Shown in pieces: positions 18,750-25,993 of a stretch of DNA of 64,000 nt. The notes under the pieces were generated by a model. The model was given only the letters and a program-made list of their open reading frames with translations, had not been told where the DNA came from and did not search any database. This DNA comes from an uncultured virus (IMG/VR IMGVR_UViG_3300020578_000056) (Duplodnaviria > Heunggongvirae > Uroviricota > Caudoviricetes). The position numbers were made by a program, and so were the translations under genes. Each line of letters begins with the position of its first letter. Position 1 is the stretch's first letter. The DNA lies in the IMG/VR virus record IMGVR_UViG_3300020578_000056. One strand, 5' to 3'.

Positions 18750-20687
18750 TTACCTAAAATATTGCGGGGTTGAGAAATCTAATCCGCTAACCGACCTTCC
18801 AAGCCAGTTATAAGTCATGTTGTTACCCATTGACGCAGCCGCCACGTTGTTTGCACCAAGCATACCAAACCCGCCTGTGGCAGTATTAAAACTACTAAGT
18901 AATGATGGGGCGGCGGTAGCCGGCATCATCATTCCTCCAAAATTGGCTAACATGCCCCCGGCTCCACCGAGAATGCTGCCCATCCCTTGTCCTTGAGCTC
19001 CCCCAAAAGAACCGCCCACCTGCCCACCCATAGACAAACCTAAACCAGCCCCCATCAAAGTCCCAACCCCAGGCGCAACAAGAGTTCCGACAAGCCCGCC
19101 AACCAAGGCTCCTCCCATACCTCCAAAAAGCGAGCCAAACGGGCTGCCACCATATTTTACCTCGTTTTCGTACCTGGCCTGAGCTGTCATGTTTGCCGCT
19201 TGTGCATTTGCCTCAGCTTGTCTGTTTTTGATGTTTAGGTTTGTCAGGGTTTCCGTTTGTCGGAAGCCAAGATTCGCCGACCGTGTCCGATTTTCAGTAT
19301 CAATGTTGGAAAGGTAAGCGGCATTTAATCCGGCAGTGTTAGCCAAAATTGCCTGATTTCTAAGCGCAAGATTGGACCTGTTTGCGGCGTTTAGCTGATC
19401 TGTTCGATACGCCGACTCCCTGTTGCCAGCGTCTAGATTGTACAAAAACTCCTGGTTGCGGAGCCCGGTGAACATTTCCCGCTCCTGATTTGTTAAGCCT
19501 AGGTCGAATAGTGTGGCCTGGTTATTGAGCCTTCCCTGTTCACGCCGCATCTCATTTTCCATGTCGTAGTTCGCCAAGGCCACTTGGCGGTCTGTCATGG
19601 ATTTGTCACGGAGCATTTGGTTATTGATGTCAAAATTGATAAGTTGGCGTTGAACAGCTTTTGCATCGTTTGAGCGACGCTCTTCGTTTGCTAGGCCAAT
19701 GTTGTAAAAGAGGCGTTTGTTTTCCAAATCAGTGTTGGCCATAATTTCCTGGTTGGCCAACTGGTTATTGTACATATTTCTCTGACGCTCGGTAAACGTC
19801 TTGTCTCGCTGCTCTTCTCGGGTAGCCCCAAGATTGTCTTCGTATTCCCGGTCTCTCCGATTTAAAATTTCTCGAGTTGAAAGGATTTGGTCTCCCACTC
19901 GCATGTTCCCACCACGCAGAGTGTCGGCCAACTGCCTATCTTGAAGGACTCTGGCATCGCCTTCTCGCATAAGGTCGGTTACGCTCCTTCCGAGATCTCG
20001 CATTGTAAGCGACTTTTGGGCTGAGGATGCCCCTTGCAGTCCGGTTGCGGCACCAGTAGCGGCTGCTTGTCTAAAAATGTCGGATAGAGCCTCTGAGCTA
20101 AACTGACCTTTTTGGAAAGCTTCGGTGTTTGCCATTCGCCTGCGGATGGAGTCCCGCAATCCGGGGGATGTTCTATCTAGGCTTTTTAAGACCTCTTCAT
20201 CGTCAAGACGATTAGCTTCCCCAGTGACGGCGGCTAGAGTACCGAGAACATCTTTTTGCCTACCAAACTCGTCTCCATAAACAGTTGAAACATCGTCCTT
20301 GGCGGATCGATCTAGCTTAAGATCTGGCTGCTCACCAAGTTTTTCAAGTTTTACTTGTTTAAGATCTGCAAGCTGGCGCAGTTGAAGATCGGGGAGTTGT
20401 TCAAGAGTCGACAGCCTTAGCTCTGGGAGACTGTCCAGCTTTTGCAACTGGGCTGCGGTCATACCCTTTTCCGTAAGCCTTTCGTAGACGGTGTTTTTTA
20501 ATTCACCTGGCCGTATTTTGTTAAGCTTTAGATCAAGGACTTCTTCCGGCTTTATTTCTTCAAAGACTAGGTCGAGAAGCTTTTCAGGATTAATCTTTTC
20601 AAAATCAATCGCCCCCAATTCCCCTGGGGTTAAAGTGGTGTATACGGGAGCCGAATACGTTGGGGATGATGGTTTTTTTCTAGGCAT
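18750..20687 (-). CDS. putative DNA ejection / pilot protein
   Basis: 11/22-residue Asn-anchored coiled-coil repeats; C-terminal glycine-zipper hydrophobic region. Confidence 0.7.
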   Translation of the reverse strand: MPRKKPSSPTYSAPVYTTLTPGELGAIDFEKINPEKLLDLVFEEIKPEEVLDLKLNKIRPGELKNTVYERLTEKGMTAAQLQKLDSLPELRLSTLEQLPDLQLRQLADLKQVKLEKLGEQPDLKLDRSAKDDVSTVYGDEFGRQKDVLGTLAAVTGEANRLDDEEVLKSLDRTSPGLRDSIRRRMANTEAFQKGQFSSEALSDIFRQAAATGAATGLQGASSAQKSLTMRDLGRSVTDLMREGDARVLQDRQLADTLRGGNMRVGDQILSTREILNRRDREYEDNLGATREEQRDKTFTERQRNMYNNQLANQEIMANTDLENKRLFYNIGLANEERRSNDAKAVQRQLINFDINNQMLRDKSMTDRQVALANYDMENEMRREQGRLNNQATLFDLGLTNQEREMFTGLRNQEFLYNLDAGNRESAYRTDQLNAANRSNLALRNQAILANTAGLNAAYLSNIDTENRTRSANLGFRQTETLTNLNIKNRQAEANAQAANMTAQARYENEVKYGGSPFGSLFGGMGGALVGGLVGTLVAPGVGTLMGAGLGLSMGGQVGGSFGGAQGQGMGSILGGAGGMLANFGGMMMPATAAPSLLSSFNTATGGFGMLGANNVAAASMGNNMTYNWLGRSVSGLDFSTPQYFR

Positions 20688-20691
20688 TTTC

Positions 20692-21006
20692 TTAAACGGC
20701 TAAAAGCTTTTTCCAAAAAGGCTTTGAGTGCCAAAACTCTTTGTCGTTATGTTTTGCCCTTTGATACGTAACAATTTCAATATCATCGTTTTCCGTAATA
20801 GCTTTTTTGATAAGTTCATTTCGGGTGGCTTTGTCATCCGCTGCAAAGAAGTCTATTCTCCAAACTCCTTTGTCAACCCGGGTAAGGCCGAGGGCGCCCT
20901 TGCACTCAAAATACACCTTTTCAGCTTCGGAATAAACCAACTCCACCTGTTCTGAGCCAAGAAAGGAAAGGCGTTTTTTGAGGAATTCAACCACGGGCTG
21001 GCTCAT
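20692..21006 (-). CDS. small protein preceding the ejection genes (possibly GNAT-like)
   Basis: 104-aa ORF with its own promoter; position analogous to T7 gp13. Confidence 0.55.
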   Translation of the reverse strand: MSQPVVEFLKKRLSFLGSEQVELVYSEAEKVYFECKGALGLTRVDKGVWRIDFFAADDKATRNELIKKAITENDDIEIVTYQRAKHNDKEFWHSKPFWKKLLAV

Positions 21007-21018
21007 CGGTATCTCTTC

Positions 21019-21046
21019 ATTTTATTTCTATAACTTTTTCTGTCAA
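21019..21046 (-). promoter_or_regulatory. promoter TTGACA-N16-TAAAAT
   Basis: Near-consensus boxes in the intergenic gap; -10 ends 12 nt before ATG 21006. Confidence 0.7.
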
Positions 21047-21057
21047 GATGTTAGCCT

Positions 21058-22950
21058 TTAGTAGGGCGTGTTAAGGATTTTGTATAAGTCGATGGGGTAC
21101 GAAAAAAGAACAATACCGTTAAATCGAACGGTGAGTACCCCAGAATCGATCTCGGCTTCTAGATTCCCCCCAGGCCGAATCGGTACAGTTGCTAATGCAA
21201 GATGAGCCCTAACCTGTCCCCTCCAGATTAAGGCAACATGCGAATTGTTTGGGTCAAATTCATTGTGGTAACTATCAATTTCTACGGCAAAGCTATTTGG
21301 GTTGCCATCTTGGTAACCGAGCCCACCGCCAAAACCAGCTAAAAATGGGGCCGATGAGAAAATAAGTGCAAACCCATCGGCCTCTGAATCTCCCCCTATT
21401 GTGTACGAAAAAGATACTTTAATCTTTCCGGTCAATGTTGGGGCAATAGCCCAAATTCCCCCACCGGAATCATATTTGTTTGAGGTAAGCCTCCAAACAT
21501 CAGGGCTCACCAAAGTCGCCTCACCTGAACGAAACCTTGGATCTAGCGGTACAGGCTTGCCATTTATCTTGAAATCATAGATTGTTTGAATCGATCTCAG
21601 GGAACCAGTGCTCGCAGTAACGCCAACATAAAAAAGATTGATCTCTTCTGGCTTTTCAAATTGCCGAGAGTCTCTCGCTGGCTGCCCGCCCGCACAAAAG
21701 CTTGAAGAGGCTGCCTGTACTTCAAGAGTACCATACGGGAATTGCAACACTTCCGCACGGCTAAAAATGGCCACCCAATTTCCAGTCGAACTAACCAACA
21801 CGGTTTTTGTGATTCCATTTATTGTCACAAGAACTTGAGTTGTGTTCCTAGCCAAACCTGAGATAACTAAGTCCCCCCTTCCGACCCAGTCACTCGGTCC
21901 TGGGCATGGCGTCAGCGACCCGCCGCAATGACCCTGCTCAGAGGAAGGTTTGTAACATTGGTAGCAACGCTCATCCAGATCGGGGTCTGGGGTAAACCAA
22001 GGCGGAAGCCCGCTGGAATAATAGGGTTCAACCCATTCGATAGAAATAATCTGCACGTACGGGTCTTGGCAAAAAACGCAAGAGCCATCATCCGTGTTTG
22101 CCAGAGGGTTATAATTTAAAGCTCCCGGTGTTGTGCAACCAAGTTTTACGCAAAACCCGTCAATGTTGGCCTCCGGATCGAAATTGGGAGCTTGGGGATC
22201 CCGACAACCCACAATCTGGCAAGAGCCATTGTTCTGGTTTGCGTTCGGATTAAAATTCACAGCTTTTGGGTTGGTGCAACCCGGGACAACCACCGGGCAG
22301 AATGGGTCTATTGTAATGGTGACTGAGCCGACTCCCGCATTGTTGATGGCGCACACTCGAATTTGAAACGGCTCAAAATCACAATCTAACCCCTGACCGC
22401 AGGGCGAAACCCCAAATAGTTGTCCTGTTTTTGGATCGAGGTTTATCCAGCTTGGCGGTGGAGGTAGCGGAGGGTTAGCTGTTGAGTTGCAAATTTCGTA
22501 CCTTACGACAGGACCTCCAGTTAAGATTGGGCTAAACCGAAAGATGCTTCCGCACTGCGGCAAAAGTAAGGAGGTTCCGCCATAGCCAAATGCGGGGGGT
22601 TGTAAAAATACGCACGAACCGTCGTCGTGCGTAGCCCGAATATTGTAGTTGAGAGCGGCACGGTTGGTGCATCCGTAAATCCTAGACCCGCAGGGAATGC
22701 AAACCGTTTCAAGAGGGTTGCCTCCAGGTTCGGCTGGGCAATTTAAAACGGTGGGGGCGGTAGCGTCTTGAGTGCATGCTGTGATAGCGTCTGGTTGCTC
22801 GACTCCGCAAGAGCTTGTCGAATCGACAGGATCTGACGCCAAAGACGAAACTGTGACAGTCCGAACAACGCTTGAGGAATTCCCGGACTCGTCGGTTGCC
22901 GTATAGGTAACCTCGTAAAGGCCATTTTCCAAAATCGTCACGTTGCTCAT
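21058..22950 (-). CDS. Cys-rich adhesin with GC-x-(D/N)...DDGSC repeats, Ig-like domain and C-terminal L-type lectin
   Basis: GCTNRAALNYNIRATHDDGSC-type repeats; WINLDPKTGQLFG; ADGFALIF, GGGLGY, SFAVEIDSYHNEFDP. Confidence 0.8.
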   Translation of the reverse strand: MSNVTILENGLYEVTYTATDESGNSSSVVRTVTVSSLASDPVDSTSSCGVEQPDAITACTQDATAPTVLNCPAEPGGNPLETVCIPCGSRIYGCTNRAALNYNIRATHDDGSCVFLQPPAFGYGGTSLLLPQCGSIFRFSPILTGGPVVRYEICNSTANPPLPPPPSWINLDPKTGQLFGVSPCGQGLDCDFEPFQIRVCAINNAGVGSVTITIDPFCPVVVPGCTNPKAVNFNPNANQNNGSCQIVGCRDPQAPNFDPEANIDGFCVKLGCTTPGALNYNPLANTDDGSCVFCQDPYVQIISIEWVEPYYSSGLPPWFTPDPDLDERCYQCYKPSSEQGHCGGSLTPCPGPSDWVGRGDLVISGLARNTTQVLVTINGITKTVLVSSTGNWVAIFSRAEVLQFPYGTLEVQAASSSFCAGGQPARDSRQFEKPEEINLFYVGVTASTGSLRSIQTIYDFKINGKPVPLDPRFRSGEATLVSPDVWRLTSNKYDSGGGIWAIAPTLTGKIKVSFSYTIGGDSEADGFALIFSSAPFLAGFGGGLGYQDGNPNSFAVEIDSYHNEFDPNNSHVALIWRGQVRAHLALATVPIRPGGNLEAEIDSGVLTVRFNGIVLFSYPIDLYKILNTPY

Positions 22951-25900
22951 TGGATTTTCTGGATTGTGACAGATACGGTTCTTGGCCCATCGATCAGGTC
23001 CACTGCTGTAGCTCCCTGTTCAATGTAAGGCTCCCCGGAAACCAGGGAAATAAGCGACGGCCCATTGAGGGTTAGCACGGGTGGTGTTGTGTCAGGCTGC
23101 ACCACAACAGTCCTTTGAATCTGGTTAGAGGGGTTACCAGAGGAATCCGTTGTCGAGTAAGTCAGCAAGTAGGAGCCAGCAACCAAATTGTTGACAACCC
23201 CAACACCAAGAACCGTCCTTGGTTCATCGTAATCGTCTTCGAAGCTGGCCCCCTGATCCGGGTAATTCCCTTTTCTTGGTATGGAAACAGAATCCTCCCC
23301 ATTTAAAGTAAGAACGGGTGGGGTAATGTCTACGACATTGACAACCCTCGTAACTGTTGATTTGTTGTTAGCATCGTCTTTTGCTTCGTATTCTAAAGAA
23401 TAAGAACCTTTTAAAGAAGTGTTTACCGAGCCTGTGATTGTCACCTCAACCTGGGTATCCTTGTTGTCGCTAACCAGATACCCAGGGTCTACCTCAGACC
23501 AATCCGAAAATACCGGAACTGCAAGAGGGTTGTCCCCCAAAAGAATAATAGTCGGGGGGATGGTATCCGGTGGCTCTACCACGATAACTTGACGGCTTAC
23601 CGGGTTTGCCGGATTCCCCGCTAAATCAGAAGTTGAATAGGCTCTTTGGTACGAACCTGGCGTGGCCATATCCACGACACCCGTTCCTTGAATTATCCTA
23701 GAGGCGTCGATATTGTCGGACACCAAAGCGCCTGGATCTGGATAGTTTGAACCTGGAGATGCAAACAGAACATGGGGGCTAGGCCCCAGCAGCGTAATCT
23801 CTGGCGCAATTCCATCCCTTACCGTGACCACCAAGGTTTTTGAAGTTGTGTAATTTAAAGGGTCTTTAGCGGTATAGATTACTTGGTATGTCCCGATTAC
23901 CGCAGAGTTAACCGACCCCTGCGTGGTTACCGTAATCTGCCAATTACTGAAAATCCCGTCCGGATCAGAAGTTGCGTATCCTGGGTTATACCACGAAGAA
24001 TTCTGCACAATACTTTGGGCTAAACCTCCGTTTATGCTTAAAGCGGGATTAGCTTTTGGAACGACATTAACGGTCCTTAAAGCAGTCCCGACATTTCCAC
24101 GCGGATCCTCTGATCGGTACGTAAGAAAATAGGTTCCCAGCACGTTTTTGTTGACTGACCCAATTGTCGTATTTATCAGCTCCCACTCATAGTGTTGAGA
24201 ATCTGTTGCGGAAAATCCAGGATCGTTCCAGGTTTGCCCGTGCTTTAGGTTAACAATTGCCTCGCCATTTCTTGTGACTACGGGTGGGGTGGTATCGTCT
24301 TGAACAATAACCGTTCTTACGGCTTGCCCGGTATTCCCGGAAAAGTCGGTTGCTGAATATGTAATTAAGTATATTCCAGGTGAGCTTTGGCCGAAAGGAT
24401 TGAAACCCGACGAATATTGTCGGTTTACTTGCCATTGGTCAAAAGTCTGGCAGTTATTGTCCAAAGCGGTTGCGTATTGCTCGCTGTAGTTCCCACGATA
24501 TGGAACATAAACCGTTGAGGGTCCGTTTAGAGTAACTACGGGAGGGGTTGTATCGGCGACTACTTGGATTGCTCTAGCAACCCTAGTGGTTAGGCCTCTC
24601 GAGTTTCTGGCTCCGTAGGTGATGTAATACGTGCCAATAGAAGACCCTATAAAATACGAGCAAAGATTTGAACAGGGAGCTTGATTGGGCGGGTTAAACC
24701 AGACTCCGCATGAGCCGTCTACACTTGAGTTAAAGCTTTGGCCGGGAGTGTAAGAAAAGGTATCGAGTAAGTCGGAAAACTGAACGCCAGGATTTAGGCA
24801 AGAAGCGTCAAACGAAAAGGTGTTTAGTTGCGAGACTGGAACTTGCAGAGGATTGGCTCCGAGTAAAGTGATGGTTGGGGGGACATTTGAGTCAGCTACG
24901 ACATTTACAGTTCTTGTCTTTTGAGTTGCCTGGTTTCCAGAGCTGTCCGTGTGCGAATAAGTTCTCGTGTAAGAACCAGCAACAGATGTGTTTACTGTTC
25001 CGGATCCTGTTATCGACTGCGTGGGGTCGCAGTTGTCTGTGACTATGGCTCCCGGGTCTGAATAGGTTGAGTTAAGAGCCACATTCTGGGGATTATTCCC
25101 GTTTAGGGTGATTACGGGGGGCGTGGTATCGGCAATCACATTGACGGTTCTGGTAATGGTTGCCGTGTTTTCTGAAAAATCTTCCGATGTGTACGTTATT
25201 GTGTAAGCCCCAGGTACACCTGAGTTCACTGACCCGGTTATGTCTAAGCTCGGGCTTGGGTCGACGTTGTCCGTGCTTGTGGCCCCCGGCTCAGAATAAC
25301 TTTCGCCACAAGTAAGATCTAACGGGTTATCCCCGTTTAGGGTAATTACGGGGGGCGTTTCGTCCTCAACCACATTGACGGTTCTTGTGGCGGTAGACTG
25401 ATTTGAGGACGCATCGGTGGCCGTATAAGTAATCGTGTATTCCCCAACAATATTCCCATCTACTTCCCCAGAAGTCGTCAAAGAAGGGTTTAAGTCTTGG
25501 TCGTCGGTTACGGTTGCTCCGGGGTCAACAAACGGAAGCGGATTTCCTTTGTAATATGTGAACGGGTTAGCGCCGAGCACGGTTATTACCGGAGGCGTTG
25601 TATCCGGCCCCGGGGCGGGGTTGTTTACGCTAAACCCTGGCGAAGTATAGGTGTCAAAACCTTCAGCAGAAATTGAGAAGGTTATTCCAGTTGCAACCCC
25701 ATAGACATACCCAGAAGTATTTGCGGCTGGTTTTAGACGAATTTCGAAATCAGCATAGTCATTGTTTGGAGAAGCAAGCGTAGCCGGAAAGTTAGACCAC
25801 TCACTTTGATTCCAAAATTTTACTTGAAGGCGCTGATTTTCTGTCGAAGAAAAAGATACCTGAATCGATGGATATATGGTGCAATTAGGGTCACAAATGT

Positions 25901-25979
25901 CAAAATATGTAGACCAGCCTGGAGAACTTGGCGTAAGTCCTACATTTTCAATCGAGGAGTGAACATAGAAGGAGGCCAT
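22947..25979 (-). CDS. Ig-like repeat protein (DUF5011/HYR-like)
   Basis: About ten DTTPPVITLNG...Y.ITY.ATD..GN...RTVNV units plus a terminal half unit. Confidence 0.9.
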   Translation of the reverse strand: MASFYVHSSIENVGLTPSSPGWSTYFDICDPNCTIYPSIQVSFSSTENQRLQVKFWNQSEWSNFPATLASPNNDYADFEIRLKPAANTSGYVYGVATGITFSISAEGFDTYTSPGFSVNNPAPGPDTTPPVITVLGANPFTYYKGNPLPFVDPGATVTDDQDLNPSLTTSGEVDGNIVGEYTITYTATDASSNQSTATRTVNVVEDETPPVITLNGDNPLDLTCGESYSEPGATSTDNVDPSPSLDITGSVNSGVPGAYTITYTSEDFSENTATITRTVNVIADTTPPVITLNGNNPQNVALNSTYSDPGAIVTDNCDPTQSITGSGTVNTSVAGSYTRTYSHTDSSGNQATQKTRTVNVVADSNVPPTITLLGANPLQVPVSQLNTFSFDASCLNPGVQFSDLLDTFSYTPGQSFNSSVDGSCGVWFNPPNQAPCSNLCSYFIGSSIGTYYITYGARNSRGLTTRVARAIQVVADTTPPVVTLNGPSTVYVPYRGNYSEQYATALDNNCQTFDQWQVNRQYSSGFNPFGQSSPGIYLITYSATDFSGNTGQAVRTVIVQDDTTPPVVTRNGEAIVNLKHGQTWNDPGFSATDSQHYEWELINTTIGSVNKNVLGTYFLTYRSEDPRGNVGTALRTVNVVPKANPALSINGGLAQSIVQNSSWYNPGYATSDPDGIFSNWQITVTTQGSVNSAVIGTYQVIYTAKDPLNYTTSKTLVVTVRDGIAPEITLLGPSPHVLFASPGSNYPDPGALVSDNIDASRIIQGTGVVDMATPGSYQRAYSTSDLAGNPANPVSRQVIVVEPPDTIPPTIILLGDNPLAVPVFSDWSEVDPGYLVSDNKDTQVEVTITGSVNTSLKGSYSLEYEAKDDANNKSTVTRVVNVVDITPPVLTLNGEDSVSIPRKGNYPDQGASFEDDYDEPRTVLGVGVVNNLVAGSYLLTYSTTDSSGNPSNQIQRTVVVQPDTTPPVLTLNGPSLISLVSGEPYIEQGATAVDLIDGPRTVSVTIQKIQ

Positions 25980-25993
25980 AACGGCTTACCTGC

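Noticed and set aside
22947..25979. Nucleotide repeats as a CRISPR array or DGR template/variable pair
   Set aside because: Repeats are degenerate, codon-aligned protein repeats; no reverse transcriptase or cas operon was seen
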